Assembly (NCBI GenBank): GCA_951406725.2
Contig: OX597834.1
Location: 30,256,001 to 30,320,000 of the forward strand
DNA: 64,000 nt
Direction of reading: 5' to 3'
From: Octopus vulgaris
Lineage: Eukaryota
In this document: piece by piece, positions 52,706 to 64,000 of the stretch
Layout: every line of letters starts with the position of its first letter
Numbering within the stretch: position 1 is the first letter of the stretch
Program-made: the position numbers and the translations under genes
Notes under the pieces: model-generated
What the model was told of the DNA's origin: nothing
The model's database searches: none
The model's input: the letters and a program-made list of their open reading frames with translations, nothing else

Positions 52706-53095
52706 TGGAGGCGCAATGGCCCAGTGGTTATGGCAGCGGACTCGCGGTCATAGGATCGCGGAATCGATTCCCAGACCGGGCATTGTGGGTGTTTATTGAG
52801 CGAAAACACCTAAAAGCTCCACGAGGCTCCGGCAGGGGATGGTGGTGATCCCTGCTGTACTCTTTCACCACAACTTTCTCTCACTCTTACTTCCTGTTTC
52901 TGTTGTACCTGTAATTCAAAGGGCCGGCCTTGTCACTCTCTGTGTCACACTGAATATCCCCGATAACTACGTTAAGGGTACACATGTCTGTGGAGTGCTC
53001 AGCCACTTACACGTTAATTTCACGAGCAGGCTGTTCCGTTGATTCGGATCAACCAGAACCCTCGTCGTCGTAACCGACGGAGTGCTTCTAGTCCC
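52706..53095 (+). mobile_element. tRNA-derived SINE with the same head as 26562-26870 but a different body and tail, nested in another SINE
   Basis: Head tggcccagtggttatggcagcggactcgcgg; 13-bp TSD atggaacgttggg (52693-52705, 53096-53108); 3' hairpin cgtcg-taac-cgacg. Confidence 0.85.
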
Positions 53096-53690
53096 ATGGA
53101 ACGTTGGGCGAGTGTCTTCTTCTGTAACTCCAGGCTGCCCAAAGACTTGTGAATGGATTTGGTAGACAGAAACTCTCAGTAGCCCATTACATAAAGCTGT
53201 CCCACTCCCATCCTGACACAAGTTTTGTAGTCCTGCAAACTGCACGACAATCTCACTAGCACCAGTGGTACAAAAAAATTTTTTAAATGTACCCACTATA
53301 TCCTATAATGTGGTTGGTGTTGGGAAGGGCACCCAGCTGTAAAAACCATGCCAGAGCAGACTCTAGAGAAAATCATCCAATTCATGCGACGATGGAACAT
53401 GGACATTATTAATTGATGACGAAGTGTGTCTGTATCTATTTGCTTTGACATCCTTCAATAGTTGTAAATGAGTGCCATTGGATTAGGAAGCCAGTGAGAT
53501 CATAACAGGTTTCTTCTCAGTCAGAACTGACCCAGGTCTAAACAACAACAACAAGATTGTGTATGAGGAAAACCCAAACTAGGAAGGGAAACTCTAGGTG
53601 GTCATTCAAGCAAGCAGCTAGAAACAACAACCAATATTACTCCTCAGATTACATCTTGCTATCATTAAGACAAAATAAGGAAAAGGAAAC

Positions 53691-53835
<145 letters not shown>

Positions 53836-56699
53836 GTTGATGCTTCAATATATAAACAGACCCAAAGGTTCACTCTGGAACATTTTTAAATCATAGGCTG
53901 GTTCAACCAGGATTCGATTACTCATCTTCATCAAATGATCTCAAGAAGGCAATCAAGCCAAAGCTTCAAAGTCAGTCGACTTTTCCCTTGTATGCTTGAA
54001 ATACGCATGAAATACACACACACACACTTATACATACACACCTGTACACATACATACGCATTACACACACATGCATATACTCCTCTACTTATCTCCTTTG
54101 GATAATTGAGGTCTAGTTCTGTATACATATACACATACATACAGTCACACACACACATACACACTCTCAGTCACATACAATTGTCTCTGCTCTCCAGAAC
54201 CCACCAGCTTACAACCCATCTTTCTTTCTTTCTCTCATACAAATATTTTCCACTCTGATTCATGCTAACTCTCACTGTCATTAACCTACTAATTATAGTC
54301 GTTATTTTTGTCACCCCATATCAAAAAGAGAAAAGCCTGGAAGGCACGCCACGACAGACAGCCTTGAACAATATAGTAAACCGTACGATCTTATATCAAA
54401 AGAGCTGCTTTTGCAGCCACGTGGTCTTGGGTTCAGTCCCACTCTGCAGAACCTTGGGGGGGAAGGTCTGCTTATAGAGAACCAGGCTGACCAATGCCTT
54501 GTGAGTGAATTTCATAGGTGGAAACTGAAAGAAGCTTATTGTGTATATATACATATGTGTGTGTATTTGTTCCAGCCTTTGCTTGACAATCGATGATGGT
54601 TTGTTTACATCCCTTAGCAGTTCAGCAAAACAGACTGACTGAATGAGTACCAGGTTTGTAAGAAGTACTGGGGTCAGTCAGTTGAACTGGAACCATCAAG
54701 GTGGTGCTCCAGCATGGCTGCAATTCAATAACTGAAAGAAGTAAAAGATAAATGGTGTGTGTGTGTGTATGTACATGTATGTATGTAAGTGTGTGTGTGT
54801 GCATATATAAGCATGTAGTGCTCACTTTATCTTACAGCACATCAACATAGAGTTCAGTTTTTACATTTTATCATTAATATATTTCCAACACTGATTCAGG
54901 TCAAAAGAGGCAATCGCTGACCCTAACACATTCTAGTGACCATTCTAACTTACCACAACGATTGATAATTGCTACAGTTAGTCACTCATCACTCTAAACA
55001 GATAACAAATAATGACCAGCCATAAATAAATAATAACAACTGTAATTATGTCAGCCAAAAATACCAACATCAAAAGCCCTTACATGATATGATCTCCCTC
55101 TCAGCCTTTTATCACCAACTTCTAAACCTCTCCATTTTCACTTTGTAAAACCTAATTTTCTAAGATTCAAATTCATTAAATAGTTCTAAGAACTTTAACT
55201 GCCCTTCAGTATTAGTTACACACATGTACCCGTTCACTTTAATATATTCTCCACCTCCCACTGCAAATGGCTGGACAACCAGCAAGTAGCAGAATGGGAT
55301 TGATCCATAGCATTCATTTAAATATTTCATCTTCATGCTGATGTGCCATAGACCAAAATCTCCATGTCAGTCCCGTGTGTGACATGTGATACCCAGGACA
55401 TATTTCCCTGGCATCCATGTACCATCATATAAGGGGCCGTCTTAAGACATGAGCACACTGGGCTGTTGTCTGGAGGCCTCACGGATTTAGGGCCCCAATT
55501 CTGATCTATGTATCCTGCAATCAATAAACACCACATCGCTCAGTGCATTGATTTCCTTGGGGGGGGGGGGGTATGATGCTGCTAAGATGTCTCTCATCGT
55601 ATATGAGACATGCTTCCCAATTATTTTTTTCTCAACCACCAGATTAAATTTGGGACTTAAAAAGGGAAAGCTTCATTTTACTTAGAACGTATGAAGCAAG
55701 GCCTAACTAAAAGACTGAAAACAATCACGGATGTTTGGGACAAGCTTATGGAAAATGCTTTGGTCAGTCAGGAAGTTAAGAAAACAAAGCAAAACAAAAG
55801 TGGAGTCTTAAATTTCTCTTCGCACTTCCTCTACATCCGCCTGGTTACCATATTTGAAGGCATCTGAGATATAATTTTCCTCCAAAAGAATGTCTCAAAA
55901 ACGTCCCCTTTGGGTTCAATATACAAACATGCTTTAAGGCACTAAAGACTTTTTTTATCCCTGAGTATATGTTCCTGAAATTGGGGCAGATCAAATATGC
56001 CCATGTGTCCTTTGTGCCATCAAATGCGATATACACCATTCCCCCAGCAGCAGCAGCAGTGGTGGTGGTGGTGGTAGAAGTGGGTGGCTTTGTGCTTACT
56101 CTATGCACGTGTGGTCTCGTCCATCAACAGACGTTCAAACACATGCATCCTCCCATACAGTTTATCTTTACTATTAAAGCAACACTTTTTTTTTTCAGCT
56201 GTTGTTATTTTTTGTTGCCATATTAACACTTCTCTAACATCCTGCCACTCATCCCGAACCATGACTTTGGAGGCCTTTTTTTTTTTACTTGTTTTGGGAT
56301 GGGGAGGGATGCTTCTTCCAGAGCAAACACAGCCTATAATTAAAGTTAATTATACCAAGCTAGCTAGCTAGCACAAGCAGCATTAATTAAATCTAATTAC
56401 AGACAGATAACTATTCTTTTAATATATATATATATAACCCCTAAAATTAGCCTCCTTCACCAGTCTTGCTAGGCACTGAATATTTTACTGACATCCTCTA
56501 TTTATCTGTCATATCAGATGTTGTCCAACTCCTATGGAAGTGCCTGAACAGACTCCGATGAACTTGTGGAACGGCGAGAGCTTCATTGCCTGCAGCCACA
56601 GCCTTTATAAAGTCATGTAATGCAGATCATGTTCAGTTATCGAATGCTCAGAATGTATCATGGTTGGTTTGCTGGGGACTGGAGACCACTGAACAAGCA

Positions 56700-56900
56700 G
56701 AAACCTCATCCCTGTGTGAACGTACCGGCCGCCTCGGACACTCGGCGAAGAGCACCCTCGGTGGAACCATGCAGGCCGAAATGACCGAGAGGTGGACGCG
56801 CTACTACGGCAACGCGAACGGTGACGCCCGACGACGCGCAATAGTTTAGCAGTTCTAGGCAGCTTATCATTTAAGCTGATTAAGATATGACTTTAGAATG
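56700..56900 (-). promoter_or_regulatory. CpG-dense non-repeat patch, candidate internal promoter/first exon
   Basis: About 20 CpG counted by eye in 56721-56840, in an otherwise AT-rich, CpG-poor intron; no resemblance to the repeat families in the window. Confidence 0.45.
56726..56870 (-). CDS. Candidate alternative first coding exon (MISCLELLNYCASSGVTVRVAVVARPPLGHFGLHGSTEGALRRVSEAA), phase 1
   Basis: ATG directly after an in-frame TAA, 145 nt open to donor ccg|gtacgt, lying in a CpG-dense patch; could instead be a 5' UTR exon. Confidence 0.45.
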
Positions 56901-58061
56901 TGATGTCCACATGTCTTGATTTTCCAAGACCATACCAGTTTACAAACAATAGGCCCCAACAGAATGCTTCAGGATGGTAATTTGCCATGCTACTTTTTTT
57001 TATTTTATTTTATTTTATTTTAATTTCAATAACTATTTCCCAGTTTGTTTTGATGTAAATTTCAATACCTATAATGAACATCCAGACAATAAGGGTTCCA
57101 AATTTGGCACAGAGCCAACAGTTTTGGATGAGGAGGAGGAGGAGGAGGATTACATCAATCCCAGTATTTGACTGGTACTTATTTCAACGACCCCCCCCAC
57201 CAAAGAAACGCGTGCACACACATAAACAAAAACAAACAAACATACAATCTGTATATGTGTCTATTATTGGCACAATGACTCCCCATACCCAGATACAACA
57301 AAATCTGTTCCAACACACAAGTTCACATCAAGAATCTTGCAAACTAAATATAAAAACGAAATATTTTATGTAAATGTCCGTTTTTATACAAGTTCTCCAG
57401 TACATCTTTCATTTAACCCTTCAGCATTTGAACTGGCCTTCTCTAGCTCAAACATTCTCCCTGCTTTATATTAAAATCAGTCAGATCCAGCCTCTCACTT
57501 CAATGTCATTCCAAAAATTAAAACAACTCAAAATCTTGAAATTACGAGATAATGCATGATTAATTCAAAACAAAGTGAATAAATAGGCATTACATTTGAC
57601 AGAGGAATATCTGAATGCTAAACGGTTAAAATTTGCTTATTGAAATTTTTCATCATACCAGTGGTCAGACACCGGTTTCACACTTATAGAGATTGTGATT
57701 ATAGCCATCTAGTGTTAATTTTTTTCCAGTACATGATTTCACAAGGTACATGATCAATAATTCATATTGCCATACATAAAAGAACATACAATATAAATAT
57801 ATATATTTGTGTGTGTATGTATCTGTGTTAACCAAGATCTTTTCCTGTCCTAGTTGCATATTGCAAAAGAAAAAAAAAAAAGAAAGAATAGAAAAAGAGA
57901 TCATTCCTAACTGAAATTTAAGGTCATACTGAAACGAGACATTGGCTGTAAAGTGTGGACAGTTGGTTGAATGGTCAAGGTGATGGGTTTAAGGACCAAG
58001 TGCAGACTGGGGTTGTGCTGATGCATGGCTGAAGTGCTGGGTTACAAGATGAGGTCATCGG

Positions 58062-58345
58062 CTAAGATCATTAAGGTCAGGTCTTCAAGGTGCTGTGTTT
58101 ATGGACTGTAGACCATCACAGATTTAAAACTGTTTCGCTAAATAAATATATAACCTAATAATAATAATAATATTAGTAACAATAATAATTATTATTGCAA
58201 AATTGAAGAGACATACAAAACACGAAGAGACTAAGATCATTATGGTCAGATCAACAAGATATGTTTATGAACTGCACATCACAGATTTAAAACTGTTTTG
58301 CTAAATAAATATATAACCCAATAATAATAATAATAATAATAATAA
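58062..58345. repeat. Local diverged direct duplication, period about 170 bp
   Basis: ctaagatcatta.ggtcag...catcacagatttaaaactgttt.gctaaataaatatataacc.aataataat occurs twice. Confidence 0.8.
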
Positions 58346-58807
58346 TGATAGATTATTAAAGAGGTGAATAGACATTCAAAACATTAGGGGACTGAGACTT
58401 AGGAAATATCAGAGCAGTGGGAAGGAAAGCTCATAGGAGGAAGAAGAGACAAAAATAGAGAAGGTAAAAAAAATATGTCAGTAAAAGTTAGTTATCAATG
58501 TGCAAACACTTAATTATAATTACTTGCTAAAATGCAAAGTCTTAATAATTAGTTATTAAAATGCAAATATATTCTCTCACGCTCTCTCAGTCTCTTACAT
58601 AATCAATGACTTCATCTATGATTTTATTAGTTTGTTAAATTATCATTGCAAGAAGCACGATAGGGTTTAGTGGTAATTTCCTGCTGTTAATTAAAGCTAT
58701 GGTTTTTATAGTACAGTGTTATTATGTTATATAATATGTATATATATTTAATAGGCTAAAGGATCTCATGCTAAGTGAAGGACATCTCCCAGGACGTGAA
58801 TACTCAC

Positions 58808-58974
58808 TTGACAAATTTTCATCTTTTATACTATACGTTTTACTATTGCTTTTGCCTGTCTTGCCACCACGTAAGAGACTACGACTCTCACCTGGGCTGG
58901 AAAACATAAGCTGTAAAGAATCTCTTCTCGTACGTCCAGGAATATCTTCCAGAAGGTCCTGACATCCAACCAGT
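58808..58974 (-). CDS. PKN: PKN exon, C2 strand 1 end and long loop (LVGCQDLLEDIPGR...KDENLS)
   Basis: 167 nt, acceptor ttactttgtag, donor gtgagt, phase 2 to 1. Confidence 0.95.
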
Positions 58975-59641
58975 CTACAAAGTAAAAAAAAAAAAAAAAA
59001 AATAACCCAAATAAATAAATAACAGAATTCATTTGCAGGCAACCAGAAGAAGAAAGAAATGTGCCCACCATCCCTACTTCTCATCATCATCGTTTAACGT
59101 CCGTTTTCCATGCTAGCATGGGTTGGACGGTTCAACTGGCATCTGGGAAGCCAGAAGGCTACACCAGGCCCAGTCTAATCTGGCGATGTTTCTACGGCTG
59201 GATGCCCTTCCTAACGCCAACCATTCCGTGAGTGTAGTGGGTGCTTTTTACGTGCCAGACGGGGCTGGCGAACGGCCTCGGTCAGATGGTGCTTTTTACG
59301 TGCCAATAATAATTCTTTCTTTTATAGGCACAAGGTCTGAAATTTTGAGCAAGGGACTGGTCAATTACATCAACCCCAGTGCTCAACTACTGCTCATTTC
59401 ATTGACCCCAAAGAGATGAAAGGCAAATTGACCTTGTCAGAATTTGAACTCAAAATGTAAAGATAGGTGAAATATCAGACTTTGAGGGAAAAAAGAAAAA
59501 ACAAAAAAACAAAAAAAATTATTGGGGTTAGTTTGTTCAACTAAAAAAAAAAAAGAAAACTAATGCGATGCCCCAGCATGGCCACAGTCCAATGACTGAA
59601 ACAAGTAAAGACAAAGGATAATAATCAAATAAAAGACTGAC

Positions 59642-59862
59642 CTGACTTCCAGGGTCCCAGTCAATGCTGCTGCTTTGGAGAAATTACTGTTAAACTGTAT
59701 GACTCGTTTGTCCTTGTTTCCTGATTGGGGGCTGCACGCTTGAAGCTCGGCTTTTAACAGTTGGGCACGCGCTGAATTTGGTTCCATCTCCTCAAGGCGC
59801 CGATTCAGGGATATTTCCAGCAGCTCCAGCTTTTGGTTGGATTCTGCTAAGCTGTGCTGAGC
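59642..59862 (-). CDS. PKN: PKN exon, HR1c C-terminal part and start of C2 (AQHSLAESNQKLELLEISL...KAAALTGTLEVR)
   Basis: 221 nt, acceptor aaacag, donor gtcagt, phase 0 to 2; AALTGTLEVR PKN motif. Confidence 0.95.
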
Positions 59863-59929
59863 CTGTTTTGCAATGAAATTGTATACGATGACCATATGAT
59901 AATGATGATTGTATGATTGTAATGATAAT

Positions 59930-60335
59930 AATAATATAATAATGAAATTATTGTATACAGTGCTCAGATGCACCACAACTTGTCAGAAAGTGCATATAAG
60001 GCATATGCAGTAATGTACAAATGTCTGGAAGGCGAACAATGTATGAGTCAGATACATGCTTGTGTGTGTATGGAGGGGAGGAAATCAGGTGAAGTGTTGG
60101 CGAATCTCAGAAAGCATGGAAGTTTTGAAGGATGCAGTGCTCCGACAACTAACAACTGATGCCGGCAGTTTGTTCCATGCTTCAGCAACTCTCAGAGTGA
60201 AAAAATGTTTCCTAAAGTCATGGGAGCTGTGCTGTTTTCTGACTTTGTAAATATGTCCTCGGGTGTTAGACGGGTGGAGTTTGAAAAGGTGCTCAGAGTT
60301 ATTGTTGGTAAGATGGTTGATAATTTTATGGGTGT
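59930..60335 (-). mobile_element. Second copy of the same CR1-type LINE 3' end
   Basis: Near-identical to 20511-20915 along its length. Confidence 0.85.
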
Positions 60336-60355
60336 GTGTGTGTGGGGAATATCTG

Positions 60356-60393
<38 letters not shown>

Positions 60394-61153
60394 AATGTGG
60401 TCTAGTGGATAGGGCAGTGGTTCCCAACCTTTTCACTACCAAGGACCCCTTTTTATTTAAATGAGTTTTCCCACAGGCCCCTTTTAATATGCTTATATCC
60501 TTATAGAGACCATCGTGGTTTAGCCCTAAGCCAACAATAATTGAGCACACCAATGATCGAATGCATTCCAGCTCATCCAATGTCCTCCATATTATTTTTA
60601 TTTCTTTTTTGGAGATGGTTGGGTGTGACTTGAGGGAAATTTGACTGTTATTTCTAGTGACACCCTCATTACCCAGTGATTTATTCACACAGATCCAGTT
60701 AGTAAACAACATTCATTTATATATTTAAAAAGTTTTCCAGGCATGATGAGGGGAATTTAGCTACTATTTCTAGCAAGTCAAATGTACATACACAGACAAC
60801 TTTGTTGGCTCAAGATTTCTTGACATGAATCTAATGAGTAAACAAAATTCATTCATTTTTTTAAAAAGATTAGTCAGGTGTATTTTTGAAGGAAATTTGA
60901 CTGCTATTTCTAGCAGATCGAGTTTCTATTCCAGTCAAGGGCAAACTGGAACCCACAGGACTTTTTAAATATCTTCAATCAAGAAGTTCTTCAGTAATAC
61001 AGCTCATCTGATGATGGGCCACACTTCATACTGACTGCTGCTCAGAAAAGGTTACACATACCAAGTCTATTCAGTATAGAAGCACCCTCGTTATTTCAAA
61101 ATTTCTTCACATGCAGCCATTCAATAAGTGGACAAGAAAAAAGCCATTCTTAC

Positions 61154-61305
61154 CTCTTGTAGAGCTTTTTTGTCTGGAGTTTTGGAATTTTGCAGCAGTT
61201 TGATGACATTCTTGGCACCCTCCATCACAGCAGATTCTATCTTGTTGTGGTGTCGCAACTCTTCAATTCTGAGTTCTAATGGAGAATGCACTTCTGTTTG
61301 CTGAC
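61154..61305 (-). CDS. PKN: PKN exon, HR1c N-terminal part ([50 protein letters not shown])
   Basis: 152 nt, acceptor ttcttctag, donor gtaaga, phase 1 to 0; SPLELR.EELRHH..IE.AV.EGAKNV HR1c motif. Confidence 0.95.
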
Positions 61306-63780
61306 CTAGAAGAATGAAATTCAAAGGTTTTGAAATTAGTTTTTTCCCCCATTTTTTGTCTTTGGATATGAATAGACATTTGACTGTGTATAAGCATTTT
61401 TACGGACCCAACCCCCACACACACACATGATGATAATGAATGAGGATCTATATATCATTTATTATTTCACTTAGTCATCGTGATACTAGTAACCTGCAGC
61501 TAAAACTCAATACACAAATGTGTATTGAGTGCCAGTCAAGTACAGAGTAGCAATAACAAATTAAAATAACACACACACACACACACATTGAATAAAATAT
61601 GGACAGGCAGTTTCAATGCATAAAAACATTTATACAAAAGAAAGACCAAAAACATTGTATTTTCTGCCATACAAGTTGAATTTTTCAGAGCAAAATTTAC
61701 ATAAAAAAAGGGTAAGTTGACATTACACACCAAAATGATTTTGAAGGACCATAAATTACATCGACCCCAGTGTTTCACTGGTAATTAATTTATCAACCCC
61801 GAAAGGATGAAAGGCAAAATCAACCTTGGTGGAATTTGAACTAGGAAGGTAGTGATGGGCGAAATACCATTGAATATTTCATCTAGCATGCCAATGATTC
61901 TGCCTTATTGAGTAAATAACAAGCCATTCAGTTATAGGGACCAGGTCTGAAATTGTTTAGGCGTGTGTGGGAAGGGGTAGTCACTGACCCCAGTACTTAA
62001 CTGATACTTGTTTTATCAGTTCTGAAGGGGATGAAAGGCAAAAATCAACCTTGGCAGGATTTGAACTCACAGCATAAGGAGGCAGAAGAAATGCTCAACC
62101 TTCCAACAACTCAGCCATCTTGCCACCACTTTTTGCTTCAAATTCTGACACAAGGCCAGCAACTTTAGGAGGATGGTTCTCCTCAATTAAACTAACCCCC
62201 AGCACTTGACTGATGCTTCATGTTTTACAACTCCGAAACAGACGAAAGGCAAAGTTGACCCCGATGGGATTTGAACTCAAAACATAAAGGACCAGAAGAT
62301 ATGCCACTAAGCACTTTTCTCTAGCATTTTAATCATTCTGCCAGCTTGCTGATAATAACAATTTCTTTTATTTGTTGCAGGGACATCAGATGAAGAGGGC
62401 ATTACAAGAATGCTTTAAGTGTGTTGCTAATCCTCAACTACTGTTTCCAAGCAAGCTAATATTTCTCCATGGCAGACTGGAAACAAACAAGATCACTTCT
62501 ATGATGGTTTCCAACCATCACATGATGTCTAGACAAGGGCACACACAGACACACACAACAGGCTTTTTTCGGTTTGTGTCTACCAAATCCATTCACAAGG
62601 TTTTGGTCAGCCCTTGGCTATTAAAGTAGAAGACACTTGCCCTAAGGGCTGCACAGTGGGACTGAACCCAAGACAACATGCTTCTTGACCATGCTGCAAT
62701 GCTTGTGTGGTAAGAAGCTTGCTTCCCAACCACATGGTTCTGGGTGCAGTCCCACTGCGTAGCACCTTCTACTATAGCCTCAAGTCGACCAAAGCCTTGT
62801 GAGTGGATTTGGTAGATGGAGACTGAAAGAAGCCTGTCATATATAAACATATGTATATGTGTCTGTGTTTGTCATCCTACCATCACTTGACAACTGATGT
62901 TGGTGTGTTTGCGTCTCCCGTAACTTAGCAGTTCAGCAAAGGACACTGATTGGGGTCAATTTGTTTGATTAAAGGCAGTGCTCCAACATGGCCACAGTCA
63001 GATGACTGGAACAGGCAAAAGAATATATATAGTTATAATAAATATTTAATACACACACACACACACACATTCTTTATTCTTTTATTCTTTTACTTGTTTC
63101 AGTCATTTGACTGCGGCCATGCTGGAGCACCGCCTTTAGTCGAGCAAATCGACCCCAGGACTTATTCTTTGTAAGCCCAGTACTTATTCTATCGGTCTCT
63201 TTTGCTGAACCACTAGGTGATGGGGACGTAAACACACCAGCATCGGTTGTCAAGCAATGCTAGGGGGACAAACACAGACATACACACACACATACATATG
63301 ATATACATACGACAGGCTTCTTTCAGTTTCCGTCTACCAAATCCACTCACAAGGTATTGGTCGGCCCGAGGCTATAGCAGTAGACACTTGCCCAAGATGC
63401 CACGCAGTGGGACTGAACCCGGAACTGTGTGGTTGGTTAGCAAGCTACTTACCACACAGCCACTCCTAAATAAATGTATGTATTTCTAAACATTTAATTT
63501 TCTGTAAAATATTAAACAAACACACAAACGGAAAAAGAGAAAGAAAACTCAAACAATAGATGCACGATGTTTAAACAAAAATAACTGGTTATAAAGCCTG
63601 ACGTAAAATATGTTTTGCTAATAAAATGTTAACTTAACGAAGTAGAAATTGATAGAAGATGACAGAGAGAAAAAGGAAAAGAAAAAGAAGGAAAGGAAGA
63701 TAAGATGGATGTTAAACAGGTTCTGCAAGAAAACATTTCATAGCGCATTATTTTGTGGTTTAAGCTTCATCATATGCACC

Positions 63781-63837
63781 TGTGTGTGTGTGTGTGTGTG
63801 TATACATATATATATACACATATACATATACATATAT

Positions 63838-63902
<65 letters not shown>

Positions 63903-63923
63903 CATATATATATATACATATAC

Positions 63924-63977
<54 letters not shown>

Positions 63978-64000
63978 ATATATATATATACATATACATA
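63781..64000. repeat. Compound (TG)n/(TA)n/(TACA)n microsatellite
   Basis: Direct observation; similar arrays at 38997-39121 and 42728-42845. Confidence 0.98.

Noticed and set aside
61008-61060. CTGATGA-tgggc...gctca-GAAA motif
   Set aside because: Stem II is plausible, but stems I and III and the cleavage triplet do not fit.

Overview
AT-rich, microsatellite- and SINE-dense eukaryotic DNA. Its repeat content looks like an octopod cephalopod (inference). The whole window lies inside one minus-strand gene, a protein kinase N (PKN/PRK, PKN2-like). I could reconstruct 13 phase-compatible canonical exons, from HR1c (61154-61305) through the C2-like domain, linker and kinase subdomains I-IX (ending at 19835). 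The 5' exons (HR1a/b) must lie right of the window. I did not find the canonical last kinase exons (SPFPGDDEEE..., AGC C-tail) in 1-19834, so they presumably lie left of the window. Four things go beyond this. (1) The 24.6-kb intron that splits the C2 domain holds a chain of small phase-1 exon candidates starting at a CpG-dense patch. The last one encodes FKLAYQGCQ, a look-alike of C2 strand 1 (LEVRLVGCQ), suggesting an internal-promoter, HR1-less isoform. A 4-nt microexon candidate could switch between two N-termini. (2) An alternative terminal exon candidate (10845-11360/11372) begins with a kinase alphaG-like motif. Its best-aligning splice acceptor is AA rather than AG, so it may depend on A-to-I editing. 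(3) There are several hammerhead-ribozyme motifs in TA-associated Penelope/retrozyme-like fragments. (4) There are three near-perfect fold-back hairpins. The rest is SINEs, LINE fragments, MITEs and a dead mariner. Repeat boundaries are approximate. All non-canonical exons are predictions from sequence alone.
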